Source: Camelus ferus (Eukaryota). From it: a DNA stretch of 64,000 bases. Shown piece after piece: positions 1 to 12,185 of the stretch (positions are counted from its first letter, which is position 1; each line of letters opens with the position of its first letter). The DNA lies in contig NC_045697.1 of NCBI RefSeq assembly GCF_009834535.1, positions 95,730,001 to 95,794,000 on the forward strand. The letters run 5' to 3'. A model generated the notes under the pieces. The model saw nothing but the letters and a program-made list of their open reading frames with translations, made no database searches and had not been told where the DNA came from. The position numbers were made by a program, and so were the translations under genes.

Positions 1-1300
1 GGGTTAGGGAATCAACAAATGGAATAGAGCTCTATTCAAAGCTATAATGCGGGAGAATTTCCAGTGTATAAGGAAACAATAAATTTGCAGACAGTATTAC
101 TCTGAGTTCCAGAATAAATGGAACTAGGTACACTAATTAACCTACTAATATTTAAGGACCAAAGACTAATTGTGTCAAATACATATACTAAAAAAAGGAA
201 ATAAATAGAAATGTATGTGTGAGAGGGACATGGTGATGCAAGGGTTTCAGCTTGACTTAAACATTCTTAACAACATATAATGAAATAATATGTAAGGCCT
301 AGAAATTTTGAAGGAAAATGTGACTGGAGATTAGTAGTATACATGAGTGCATCTGTCAAATTAGGCTGCTGTCAATCCCTTCCCTGTGCACAAATGCTAG
401 TTCTTCTAAGTGGAATCTATGCCATCACTTTTGACCAAGAGGGCAAGTGATGCTGTGTCAGATTTAAACTCAGCCTACATAAGGGCTGATGTTACCACCT
501 CTTGCCTCTTCAAGTGTTCTGCTGGAATGTAAGAAGTCCAGGCTGCCTTGGAGAGAGAGACCAAGTGTGGTATCACGGAGGCATCACACATGTGAGTGAA
601 TAGCCTTCTCAGGTGTTCCAACCCCATCAGTTATCATCATCTCAATGAAGCCCCAGACAGCCACTGTGCCAGCTGTTAAATGAATTCCTCGTTCTCAAAT
701 GGTGAGAAAATAACTTGAATGTTTACTGTTTTAAGTCACTAAGCTTTAGGGTTGTTGATACAGTAAATAGATCTTTAGAACAGTTTACTTAATCAAAATG
801 CTATTTAAAAATAAGAGCAACAAACAGACATTCTCAACCATTTTCTTTTAAATGAAGGAACACAATATCTATTAATCATTCATGGTAAAACTATTATTCA
901 ATCAAGATTGAATTAAAGCACTTAGAAATAGAAAAATAGAAATGAAAAAGGACTCCTTATGAGCATTGACTACATTCAGAAATAATGATGCTACAGAAAA
1001 TTTACTTATGATATAAAACAGGATATAAATTATATGAACTTGGACAATGTTAAAATGACAACATAACTAAGTAAAATGATGGTGAGGGCAGAAGAGATTG
1101 GAGAATTAGGCAATTGCTATTATTACGACTTTTCTTTGTAAGGAGTCAATTAAACCACAGAGCTTACGAGAACTGTAATGACTGTAAAATCTTAATGTCT
1201 TTCAAATCTTATTAACCTTAGTGAGATCTGTCTGAAAGTGGTATTCTTTATTTAGTAGATACATTTATTTGAATATCAACAATCCTCCCTTTTTCATTTT
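1..1300 (+). mobile_element. Old HAL1/L1ME-type LINE remnant (ORF1-like region to 3' end), split by a MaLR LTR at about 332-782
   Basis: Degenerate matches to recalled HAL1 motifs (ggagaatttccag; agagcaacaaacagacattctc; aaaaggact...tgagcattga; acatttatttgaatatcaacaatcct) continue co-linearly on both sides of the LTR. Confidence 0.55.
332..782 (+). mobile_element. MaLR solo LTR (MLT1G/H-like)
   Basis: Typical 3' end tgttttaagtcactaagctttagggttg...aatagat...agaaca; internal cacatgtgagtgaa and gccccagaca motifs. Confidence 0.7.
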
Positions 1301-1412
1301 AGCAAACATAAAGTGTATGCTATAATATTCAAAATATGGCATTTTTAAAAAGTGTTTCTTGTTTTTCATCTGTGTATATACACTGAATAACATCTACAGC
1401 TGTCTGTCCACG

Positions 1413-1540
1413 GTTGGCTATTTAAATAAAAATTAATAAAATTAAATAAAATTAGAAATGCAATTTTTCACATTCACTAGACACAACCCAAGTACTCAAT
1501 AGTCATACATGCCTAGTATCTACTATATTGGAAATAGACA
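1413..1540. mobile_element. hAT-Charlie MITE fragment (MER3/MER33-like)
   Basis: tggctatttaaat...aaattaaataaaatt...cactagacaca...aagtactcaatagtcatacatg...ctactatattgga matches the MER3/33 terminal region. Confidence 0.7.
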
Positions 1541-1859
1541 TGTAAAGTGAAGTCCACTTAATGTTAAGAGTGGTCACTTGTACTGCAATTTGGGGTGTTA
1601 TTTTATGTTTCACTTTAAAAATTTTTTTTTATGTTTTACTTTTGTATTTATATTTTCTAAGTTGCTTGAATAATTGTTTGTGTCTTTTTATCATATTTAT
1701 ATTAAAAAAGCAGAACCTAGAATGATTTTTCTTTATAAAAAGTCTAGAGGAAAATCATAAAATATCAATATAGATTATTTCTAGATGATGGAGACTCAGA
1801 AGATTATGATTTTCATTTTTGTATTTTTAGCATTTTAAACATTTGAAAAATATAAAAGG

Positions 1860-1930
1860 ATAATGGGAACTCTCTGTACTTTCTGCTTAATTTTTCTGCA
1901 AACTTAAAACAACTCTAAACATAAAATATC
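1860..1930 (+). mobile_element. L1M(B/C) extreme 3' end fragment
   Basis: atgggaactctctgtactttctgcttaattttttctgcaaacttaaaac is the typical old-L1 terminus. Confidence 0.65.
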
Positions 1931-3634
1931 TTGAACAATAAAAGATGAAAAAAGTTGAGAAAATATTTCTGGTAAAAGTAATACCCTGAAAAACTTGGGA
2001 GATGAGAAAGATCATGCTGTATATGGGAAATTATATGTTGTTTAGTATATTTTCCTATCAAACACAATTAGACAGAATTAAGATTAAAGTGCTGGACAGA
2101 AATTCTTGAAGAGCTCTGCAAATTGCTAAAGTATTTAGCTTTTATCTTAAGTATGAGACAGGAATGAGTGAAACAATGACCAGAATTCCTTCACTTGAGA
2201 AGCTGGGTGTATGACGACACCACACAATACTGCATGGGTTTATCAAGGGTTCTAGAGAGCTCAGTTCAGTTCCGGTTTAACAACAACATCAGTTTGGTTT
2301 TACCAAATTAGCTCAGCAGTATTTGGCTAACACAGACTCTCTTTAGAAGCAGGAGGAGCTGTAGCAATAGAGACCAAGCTCGGTGAGCATCATGGATGTT
2401 GGCATTAGGTCCCCTCAAGCCACAAGGGGCAGAAGAGAAGAAAAAGAGTGGCTATCATTCAGCATCTAAGAAGGTTGACTGTGAGTGTCATTCCAACACA
2501 ACTGAGTATAGATTAGAAATGGGGTTTGAGGTGTGTCTTGAAGAATGGCTGCCAGTCCTATACGAATTAATTAATAAAGCAGTATTTTCTAAAAATTTTA
2601 CCCCCAGAGTTGTATAATATGGAAGATCACAAGCTACAGAAAATTATTCAATAAAAGTGGTGAAATGGGGTTGTGGGGGGACAATCAGTTCTTCATTTAA
2701 AATACTACAAAATATAAGAATTTGTATTTTCTGTGTTGACAGCTCCATTGGCCCTCCTCTGGTTGATTCAACCTTTCTTAGTGGATATCAAACCCTCTTG
2801 GACTATAGTAAGGAAATAAGTCATTTAATCTTAAAGTAACCTGCATATTTCCTGTCTCTGCCCCTGCGATCCATACACACAAGAGAATGATCTTCAATTT
2901 TCCAGGTGACGTTTCTAGCCAAGCAATAATCCTGCCCAGTTGATTACTCCTTCCTCTTTGATACCATCTCATCATTGAGTTTCACTGTACATGGTAGATT
3001 CCCTCTTTGAAAACAGCCCCTCTGCTGTTCAGTACTGACAGTATCATTCTTTATTGATACTTCTATTTTTTGTTATTATTAGTAGTAGTGTATGTTTTTG
3101 CTTGGAAAGGTTAATGTTCTTTGGAAGGGAGAGTAGTTCACACATTGTAATTTTACCCCCAACTTTTCTCATGTGAACATGCATACTAACATTGTCAGCA
3201 GTGTTATTTTTGAATACAAAATATGAGCTATATTGCTTTGAGTGAGTTTGCATTTGCATTGCTTATTCTGCTAGATTAAAAGTCACTGGTCATTATGTGT
3301 GTGCTTGCATCAAGCACATTATTTTAGTGCATGAGTAATAATGCTAATAATAATAATAACCATGACAACAGCAACTATGTACAAGATAACTTTAAAGACA
3401 GGAAAAGAAGTGCAATGTGGCAACTCTCAAATTTTCCTTTACTAGCAATTAAGAATCATTTGGGAAAGAGAAAGAAGCCATGCAAAGTTAGATTCAGAGT
3501 GCTGAGATAGATTCTGTTTTTTAAAAAAGTATTGATTTACTTTGCTAGTATGAAATAATTTTTTGATCTTCAATCAGCCTAATGTCACACACTATTACTA
3601 TTTTTTTAATGGCACACAAAGAAACACAACCTCT

Positions 3635-3662
3635 ATATGTGTGTTTAATTAAACACACATAT
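3635..3662. repeat. Perfect 28-bp palindrome, no spacer
   Basis: atatgtgtgtttaa|ttaaacacacatat is its own reverse complement. Confidence 0.95.
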
Positions 3663-4239
3663 GAGGTGCTAGAATTGGCTACTTCTATAAACTTGATCTA
3701 GTTTTAGAAAGTGTCTAAAGATATTTAGAATTAATGTTGATTCTTGGAACTTAGCCAATCTCTGAAAAGTATTGTCACGAAGGGTTAAATTGAAGAATAA
3801 ATATTTGTCTTTAACCTAAAATCTACTCATAGAGTACTGAATGAAAGAGTAGTGTTGGAGAGTGTCTTGGAATCAAACATTTAACATTTCATTTATCTTA
3901 TATTCTCTTTAAGTTTGCAGTGAAGTCAACATGCCCATTACTCTAAATAAAATGCGAGCAAGGAAATCATTAAAGTTTGTAACTGAGAAATATAGATATC
4001 CTTTATATCTATTAGAACATAGCAAATGTCCCATTTTGGTTTGAATATATCACCTTTAGCCTCAGTTCTGCATTATTTGACATTAATTCCCAAGCCTGGC
4101 CTCTGCATGCCTCTGGCATGTAGCAATATTGCTAACTGTGGAAAACAATCCAGGAGACCCATTGCAGAATTACTGTGGTTGTGCACTTTCATTTCAGTTC
4201 CTCTTCTAGACAAAGTAAGAAGCAAATTATGGATTCATT

Positions 4240-4350
4240 TGTAACTCAAACAGAGCAGAGTGCAAATCTTACCTTTGCTGTTACAATGCTGTGAAATCTT
4301 ATGTAAGTTCCGTGATCTTTATGAGTAGATCTTTTTTTTCTGTTAAAGAA
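4240..4350 (+). mobile_element. MIR fragment (very degenerate)
   Basis: gtgcaaatcttacctttgct...gctgtgaaatcttatgtaagtt resembles the MIR core-adjacent region. Confidence 0.4.
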
Positions 4351-4751
4351 AACAGAAAAACTTGAAAAGATTCATTGAAATTCTTATTAAATTGCCCTTA
4401 ATCATTCAAATTAGAATATTTTAAAATAAAACTTCTACAACTCAATTAAGCAAAGATGAAATTTATATATTACTTGCAATTTTCTCAACCTTCTTTGTGG
4501 TTGAGATGACAGACCCTATACTCATCAATTCTGCTCCAATAAGTTATTGCCAATAAAATTGCAATGAGAAAAGTTGTGAGTACACAGCTTCTTTCAAGTT
4601 CAGCAAGAAAGAATATGATTAATTAGTGATGTCTAAGGGCCCAACAGGGTTGTGAATTTGCTAGCCTTATAAACTATCGATCATGATCTTAAATTGTTTA
4701 TTTACAGCCTATGATTTCCTGTTGATATCACAAGTTCTAGTTTGGTACAGC

Positions 4752-4825
4752 AATAAATAAATGAATAAATAAATGAATAAATAAATGAATGAATGAATGA
4801 ATGAATGAATGAATGAATGAATGAA

Positions 4826-4880
<55 letters not shown>

Positions 4881-4920
4881 ATGAAAATAAAAATAAAAAT
4901 AAAAATAAAAATAAAAATAA
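4752..4920 (+). repeat. Compound microsatellite: (TAAA/TGAA) mix, (GAAT)n, (AAAT)n, (AAAAAT)n
   Basis: Read directly; explains ORFs 4702..4944 and 4709..4999. Confidence 0.97.
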
Positions 4921-4924
4921 TCTT

Positions 4925-5115
4925 GCCAGAAGGCTTGGGTTCAAAAGGCAATATGCTCTTTGGCTTTGGATGTTTTAATTCTTCATCCTTTTCCTTCATC
5001 TCTAAAATTACACCAAAAATACCTATTTATTATACTGCTACAGACATAAATAAAATAATTTATGTGAAAGTACTGTGTCAATTATAACATATTACTCCAA
5101 CATTACATATCATTA
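4925..5115 (+). mobile_element. MIR/MIR3 fragment
   Basis: cttgggttcaaa...ttccttcatctctaaaat...aaataatttatgtgaaagtactgtgtcaatt. Confidence 0.5.
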
Positions 5116-5764
5116 TTTTATTATACATACCATATTTAGACTAATTTTATATTTAGTATGAGACATAAATTTGTTGAATATTTTCTAATTGATACATATA
5201 GGCTATTTCAGTGGGTTGCAAAGTCTTTACTTAAGCTCTTTAAGATCACTTCTCAAACCTTTGTAGCATTTTAATGAAAATCACTCTGCATTAAAATTAA
5301 TAGGAAAAATAAACCATTATTCTGATGATGGGCAGAATTACTATTAAAAGAATTAAGTCAGATATTTACATTCACATGCTTTCATCCATATTTGAATGCC
5401 CTTTTTAATGTAATTAATGCCTTTTTTTCCTTGGTTCTTTTTGATTGTGTATCAAAAGCCTTTCATTTCCTTTCATTTTCAGATAATTGATTTTTCAAGC
5501 ATCTTGACTTAATGACTAAAAGAATGAAATATATTCTCTATATGAAAATCTGTGCCCAATGTCTCAAAGTTCATACAACAGGAATACATTTTAATCCTCT
5601 TATTTAAACATATGGGTACAACAGTACCAGTACTTAACTTTAAAAAGGATGCCACATCTAGAGTATCCTCTCTCGTAGTTCTTTTTGCCCCCAGCACCAT
5701 TTAAGATTGTTTCCTCTCTTTTGCTCTCTAAACACAATTCATTAATAAATAATAACTTTTGCCT

Positions 5765-6370
5765 CCTAAATATCTCTTCAATCTATTCATTTCTTTCCAT
5801 ATTTAGGAGCTGTGACCTAATCCCCAAATTACCACCACTTTTTCCTGGGCTACTGCAGTAACCTCTTAAAGGGGTTATCAATATTCCCTCTGGCCACTTG
5901 CCTAATCCATTTTCCACAGTGAAGTCAGATTAATCATTCAGATAAATCAGATCTGATCTTGGCACACATCCCTGCTGCAAACAGCATTTTTTCAGCTCTT
6001 ACTTATTTCTCTAACCTCACCCAGCCCCATCCTTTTCCTTTGCTCTCTCCCCATCAGCGCCTCTAAGTCTTCATTTAGTTCCTCATTGTCTTCCTATCAT
6101 CACGGTAACTTTGCTCATGGTGCCACCTCTCTGCAGAATGTTTTTCCTTTGCTCTTCATCACATTAAATTCTCAAGTCACTCATACTTTCCTCAGAGAAG
6201 CATTTCTGGGATTCAGTTAACCGTCCCCCACTGCAATATAAGCTTCTCTTTCAACACTGAAATATTGCATTAGTGTGTGCAGATACGTTATTACTGTCTC
6301 TCCTTACATTAGAATATACAGTGCATGAGGGCTGGATTTTTTCAGGGTATCTATCCCCTGGAACAATCTA
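5765..6370 (+). mobile_element. L2 LINE 3' fragment
   Basis: cctgggctactgcagtaacctcttaa; aaatcagatctgatc; ctttgctcatggtgccacctctctgcagaatg; tctctcc...attagaatatacagtgcatgagggc. Confidence 0.75.
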
Positions 6371-6444
6371 AGCCAAAAACAACAATAAGTAATTATGTGA
6401 CAGACACCTGTTCTCCACCGTAGATGTGTAATTTTATTTTACCT

Positions 6445-6580
6445 GCACAATAAATCTATAAACTGAGTATAGGTATCATTTTTTCTTAAATGAAGAACTG
6501 GAGGCAAAAAGAAGGCAACTAAACTGTGGAGGCCACAAAGCTGGTACATGAGAGATGTGGCTTTTGAACCAAAAGTCTGT
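6445..6580 (-). mobile_element. MIR
   Basis: aaatgaagaactggaggcaaaaagaagg...ccacaaagctggtacatg...tttgaacc. Confidence 0.6.
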
Positions 6581-6752
6581 AGGATTTATCAGAAGCCTGC
6601 TAAGAACCTATGTGATATAGGGCCTCAAAGGGGAGACAGTTACTGAATGAATAGCTGGCCTACTTCTCAGGGCAATCATGATGAACTAAATATGTGTGTC
6701 TACCCATATATTCAAAAATTGAATTCTGAATAATTTACTCAATATATAGTTT

Positions 6753-7271
6753 TGTTACCAAGTCCAAACTTGTTCTGCTCGCTGCATGAAAGGCCAATAA
6801 ATCAGGAGACAAGGTTTTGGAGCAAGGAATAATGACTTTATTTGGAAAGCCAGCAGACCAAGAGGATGGCAGACTAATGTCTTGGAGAACCACCCTACTC
6901 AAGTCAGAATTCAGGCTCCTTTTACACTAAAAAGGGGAGGGGGTGTGATTGGTTGTTGCAAACTTCTTGGTGTAGGAATTCTTTGTTCTTATAGCTGTCC
7001 ATGTGGGTCAGATCATGGTGCCCCTGTAAACCTCCAACAAAACAAATGTTATTTTCCATTTTGCAACTTGTTATTTTACATAGTGCAAAAGAGTTAATAT
7101 CCTTAAAGGTCAGAGCCTTGAGAACAGGCTCTCTTGTATATTTCAGGCTAAAGGCAACATTCTTTTGCAAAAGGTGAAGCGCTAGTAAGACTAAGCCTAG
7201 AAAACCGGGCACAGGGTTAAAGCCAAAGAAACAGATCTAATTTGGAGTCAGATTTGTTCTTTTCTATTATA
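6753..7271 (-). mobile_element. ERV1 solo LTR, artiodactyl MER41-like
   Basis: Starts tgttaccaagtccaaacttgttctgctcgc and ends tctattata (TG...TA, one terminus mutated); flanked by a 4-bp TSD gttt (6749-6752 and 7272-7275); minus-strand AATAAA (plus-strand tttatt) near 6837. Confidence 0.85.
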
Positions 7272-7519
7272 GTTTACGTTGAGCAATATCAAATATAGCC
7301 TCCAAATTTAATGAAATACATTTGTTATTTTTAATGTGACGTAGTGTAGACAGAGAGAATGTTACTGTGTTTGCATACATTAGGTTAAAACTTATGCAGC
7401 TTCTGTAAGTAGGCTAAAAGCTGAAAACACGTATTTGAATGCTACCTTTCATAGTTAATAATATTCTTATGTATACAAAAGGATTTTGATGGATTTTAAC
7501 CTGCTTAACCTATTTTAGA

Positions 7520-8445
7520 CCATGACATCTTTTTTCATACAGAATATACCTACCTTGTGATAAGTACCTAGGTGTTACGTATTTAAGTGTAAATAAAACA
7601 AATGCTCTACTTACTTTATGTCTGGTGTATTGGGAGAAACAAAAAAGATAACAGTGCAGTTTGATAAGAATGTAAATGGAGGGGAGTAATTTATCCACAA
7701 GAAATGTTCAGGACCAATAAGAGTTAGCTGGTTGAATATTGGAAAGGATTGTTTTCTTCTTTTGAAAAATTAGAGTTGTAAGAGTTTCCATTTGGAGACC
7801 CAAGAGTAGTTTATTATGACTGTAGTATATAACATGTGAATGATTAGATTTTACAGAGGTAAACGAGATGGCCGTGGAGAGAGTGAAAAATGAAGCTAAA
7901 CATGTTAGCATTGGCCAGATCCCGAAGGGGCTTAATGTTATGTTAAGGACTGTCAACTTTTTCCTAAATATTAATGGACATAAAATCATGTAGCAGAAGA
8001 GTGACAAATTGATATTGTCATTTTAAATAAAATTATCGGGGGCGGGATGATATAGCTCGGTGGTAGAGTGCATGTCCAGCATGCATGAGGTCCTGGATTC
8101 AATCCCCAGTACTTCCATTAAATAAATAAATAAATAAGTAAACCTAATTACTCCTCCCCCCAAAACAAAACAAAATAAAAAAATTATAAAAAATAACATA
8201 AAATAATCTTTGTGAAGACAGACAGGGGTGAGGGGGATTTTTTTCCCCACGCAGAATAGCAGTTAGAAGACTATTTTGATAAACCACAAACGTTGAGTGC
8301 TATACTAAGACTGTTGCATTAAGTCCGAAAAGAAATGTAAAAATCAACCTGATACAGTGACTTATTAAAAATGAGTGGTGAAGGAAGGGAGGAGGCAAAG
8401 ATTAATATTAGCTTTTGAACTTTCACAATTGATAGAATGGGGATG
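7520..8445 (-). mobile_element. L2 LINE fragment interrupted by a SINE
   Basis: Purine-rich reverse-L2 motifs: ggccagatcccgaaggggctt...ttaaggact, agcagaagagtgaca, cagttagaagactatt, gaaggaagggaggaggcaaagatt. Confidence 0.6.
8038..8197 (+). mobile_element. Camelid tRNA-derived SINE (vic-1-like)
   Basis: Pol III box A tagctcggtgg and box B ggattcaatcc; body ccagtacttccattaaataaataa...aaacctaattactcctccccc; A-rich tail; TSD ataaaattatc (8027-8037) / ataaaataatc (8198-8208). Confidence 0.9.
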
Positions 8446-9279
8446 TCTTGTCTTTCTGTCTTATCGTTGCATGGAAACTGCCTTGGCTCCTCGTTTGGGG
8501 AGCATTTAGGCATGCTCCCTAGTGTCAATGATTTAATGTAAAATCTCAAAATAAATAAAACATTAAACATAAGGCATGTAAAATCTCCATTTTCAGGTAA
8601 GAACATTCAGGAATAAAGAAAGTAATTTCTGTGTTACATGGCTAATAAAGGGGTAAACTAAGAGGTGAACCAGATCCATTACTCTCCGTGGGAATTAATC
8701 ACTATTGATTGTTTGCTGTGTGAAAGATGAAAGGCATCAAACAATTAAGGAGATGATTTTTATTCATGCTGTTACAATAGGAAGCACTCGACATTAAGTA
8801 TCATTTCAAAGAAAAGGAGGAAGGATTGGGGTTTACAGAGCAGATAAACAAGGGAGTCATCAGTGGGTCTTCTGGGAATAATGAGGAAAGTCTTATTTGA
8901 AGGGTGGAGGAAGTTTATTTGCAGAATGTGCCCGAGCCGGATAGTCCTTTTGTTAGCTGTTTTCCAGAACACAAATGGGTGGGGGCATTTCTTGACCATC
9001 ACTACTTTCCAGAAACACCAGGCTCAGATAAAATACAACCCTGTCATCTGTTTTTTCAACTAAATTGATTTGTGAAAGTAAAATAGCTATGTAGTAGGAA
9101 TAATTTAGCAGTTCATGCTAAATAGAGGATGACAGTATCTTTTTAGTAATCCCAGTTGTCAGAGTTACATTGTGTGACGTAGCAGCTATGTACACCACAG
9201 ATCATTCATTCCAAAATCTCCGCCTTTTTCCTTACTTTATTTTCCCTGGGCTTCAAAGCTTGTTTCCTGCTATACACTC

Positions 9280-10115
9280 GATGTTTCCATACTTCTATTC
9301 TCTAGAAGTTGAAGGTTCCAAATGCTCAAAATCTAACTGATTATCATCTTTTCAAAACATCTTTATATTCATTCTACAAATATCCATCCAAACATTCGTG
9401 CTAGAAACATCAGAGTGACCTCAGACTCCCAGTCTCTGACAGAGAATCCTACAGAGAACTGATACAAAAAATTGTGGTAATTTTACTGCCTAAACTGCTC
9501 TATAGTCTATTATTTTCCTTGCATTTCTACTGCAATTGCTTTAGTTTCTTATTTGAAGAGTTGCTTTGTCTTCTCACTTTTATCTCAGTCCTAGACCATC
9601 GTATCCCATCCACTCTGTTGCTAGGTAAGTCATAGTAGACAATATTCCTTGCTTGCTAATTAAAAAAAAAAAAAAAAAAAAAGAAACCAAGAATACAAAC
9701 TGTCTCATTTTTTTATACTAGTATTGCAAGATTTTTCCAATGTACTGTTCTGTGTCTCATGTACTTTTGCATGGCTCTTAAAGACCTTCATGTCATGGCA
9801 CCACGTGGTTCTTCTAGCCTCCTCTGCTCTCAGTTCACATCGTTTTTTGGCCTTTACTCTGGCATCCAACACACTCCTGCACGTGCCTTTCACGTACGTC
9901 TCCCACTGCTGGTATACAAACAAACGCCCTTCTCACCCATGTGGGGAATGTCTATCATCTGGTAAGACCCAGATCACAGTTAATTTTCTTTCACATGCTT
10001 TTGAAGACTATTGCTTTAAACACGAATGTGTGTGCCTTTTTACTTTCAGTTGTAACTTCTCCTTTCAGCCTCCCCTTCTCTATTCTGGACTGTGAACTAG
10101 TTGAGGGCATAGAGC
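9280..10115 (+). mobile_element. L2 LINE fragments, with an A21 tract at 9662-9682
   Basis: gctagaaacatcagagtgacctcagactccc; ttttactgcctaaa; actctggcatccaacacactc; ctggactgtgaactagttgagggca. Confidence 0.65.
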
Positions 10116-10134
10116 ATAGATGACAGAGGTATAA

Positions 10135-10365
10135 GAAAATAGTTAAAAGCATAGTTTTTAGATTACAATGATTAAATCCCACTTCTGACCTCAGTATATA
10201 TTATATATTGAGGGAAATTACTTAACTTCAGATTTCAAATGCCTCATCTTAAAATAGGGAGATTAATAGTACTTACTTTATAGGCCTGTAACATTCCTTA
10301 ATTTTATGCATGTAAATTAGTTTAGAAAAGCGCTCATTATGCAAGGTGCTTACTATAGTAGTAGT
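10135..10365 (+). mobile_element. MIR
   Basis: ggaaattacttaacttc...cctcatcttaaaatagggagattaatagtacttactt...atgcatgtaaa. Confidence 0.75.
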
Positions 10366-10444
10366 GATATTTCATTATTTTCATTATTGTAATTATGATT
10401 TTTGAATTTCCAGTACCAAATAGAGTGCCTAGTGATAATAATAC

Positions 10445-10626
10445 CAATCATAGGTTTACTGATCACTAATGGTGCGTCTGCTGGCATGCTTTGTAATGTT
10501 AACACAGTTCCTCACATCAGCTGTCTGAGTTCTGGTCTATTATCATTCCCATTTCACAGGTGAGGAAAGTAAAGCACAGAGAGCAGCAGCAGATTTAAAT
10601 TCAGAAAAATCTAACTTTAGAGCCCT
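10445..10626 (-). mobile_element. MIR
   Basis: tattatcattcccatttcacaggtgaggaaagtaaagcacagagag core. Confidence 0.75.
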
Positions 10627-11569
10627 TGTAAAGAGTCCCTATAGGTAATGCCTCAATGGGGAATAAAATGCTTGAGTATGAATGAATTGTCAAGTGAGGT
10701 TTGAATAAGTACAAAATTTAATATATTTAAACCTATCACCTATACTGCAATTATTAAATTTTTAGTTACAATACAAAATTAAGGATATTGACTCTAATGG
10801 AGGCTACAAGTACAATAAGTACACACTGCATAGAGCCTAATTTCTTAGATTAAGTACTTAGCTTGGATCAAATAGAAATTTAGGTTACACAAGGGAACTG
10901 ATCAATTACAACTACTTAATGTGCAGTGGGTCCGATGAGGCCCTTGTGACTGTAGACCTAGGGTGATTGGATACTTGGTATGCAAAGCTACCTTCTAATG
11001 AAGACACATCATCACATTTGAGAAGTGGTGCTATTTCAGAAAATTAAATTATATTTTTCAAAAAAATTGAATAAAAATTTTGGGGAATAGTGTTCTACCC
11101 AGTCTAAAATTGAAAAAAAACTTGGGATATAGTTTTATTCTTTCATGTCTTCATTATATTAAGGTTCATTTTAGTGTAATTCATTCAAAGTGTAATTGAA
11201 GCATAGGATTTGTAAAGGTAATTTTTCATTTTATGACTACACTTTAGACAGATTTTTAAGTTTGATCTAAACCATATCTTACTTTTAAATGCTATACCTG
11301 ATTCCTCATATTAGACATTTGAAGAACTACCTTATTTTAACACTTACAAATGTAGAAATTGGGAAGAAAAACAAAATGATCAACCTTACCCAAACATCAC
11401 TGTTTTAAAGGTCTTTTACCCCTAAATGAAACATGTATGGAACTGCCTATAAATTTATAATTTTTAAAAGCCAAATATTCATCAATCAACTCTATCTCAA
11501 CACTGATATCTAAAACTAGCAATAGAACAATGGTTGCATTTAAACTCCTCATTTGTATTGTATTCATTT

Positions 11570-11775
11570 AGTTTACCAATATTAACACATTTGTTCCTCA
11601 CATCAACCCTCTTAAATAGTTCATATTCGTAGTCCCGTTTTAGAGATGAAGAATCTGAGGCGCAGAATGATGAATTATTACCAAAGGGCACATACGAGTT
11701 AATTGACAGAGCCAGGGTGTGAAACCAGATACCTGGACTCAAGAGCAATCCTCTTACTCCTGAGGCCAGCCACTG
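11570..11775 (-). mobile_element. MIR
   Basis: cccgttttagagatgaagaatctgaggcgcagaa...gacagagccagggtgtgaaaccaga. Confidence 0.8.
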
Positions 11776-12059
11776 CAATTCTTACTAATGAAAGTCATGT
11801 TGTTTACGTTAACTAGATTATTAAAACAAATAATGTAATTCATATGTGTGCATCTTTTCTGATGGGATGAATAGAAATGCTGGATTATGAGATCTTAGAT
11901 AACAAAATAATCATTTCACAAAACATCTGTAAGGGTGTCCAACTATCTAGACTGGCTGATTCGTGGCACTGGAATCTTGATAAGTGAAGATGAAGGAAAA
12001 TAAGTGTCTTTCCAATATTTGTGGGATTTCACTTTCTTTCTTTAATTTATCCATTGAAG

Positions 12060-12185
12060 TGTTTTTTCACTTGTTCCATAAACATATTTGAATATATATG
12101 ACAGGCCAGGCACTCTGCTGGAGGCACTCAATACTGAAAAGACTAACCTCGTTTCTGCTCTCAAGGGACCTGACTCCCTAGGTGA
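12060..12185 (-). mobile_element. L2 3' end
   Basis: aaacatatttgaat...gccaggcactctgctggagg...ctgctctcaaggg. Confidence 0.6.

Noticed and set aside
4702..5087. ORFs with FIYL/FIHS/IK repeats
   Set aside because: Translations of the compound microsatellite
7554..7621. Minus-strand exon-like segment with a good acceptor and two donors (aaa|gtaagt, aag|gtaggt)
   Set aside because: The sequence reads as a decayed L2 3' tail, which mimics splice signals; no independent support
8038..8112. tRNA-like sequence with boxes A and B (also at about 26222-26295)
   Set aside because: SINE head followed by SINE body, A-rich tail and TSD; not a tRNA gene
11390..11421. Minus-strand 32-nt segment with donor tgg|gtaagg
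   Set aside because: Stops in all three frames and a mediocre acceptor
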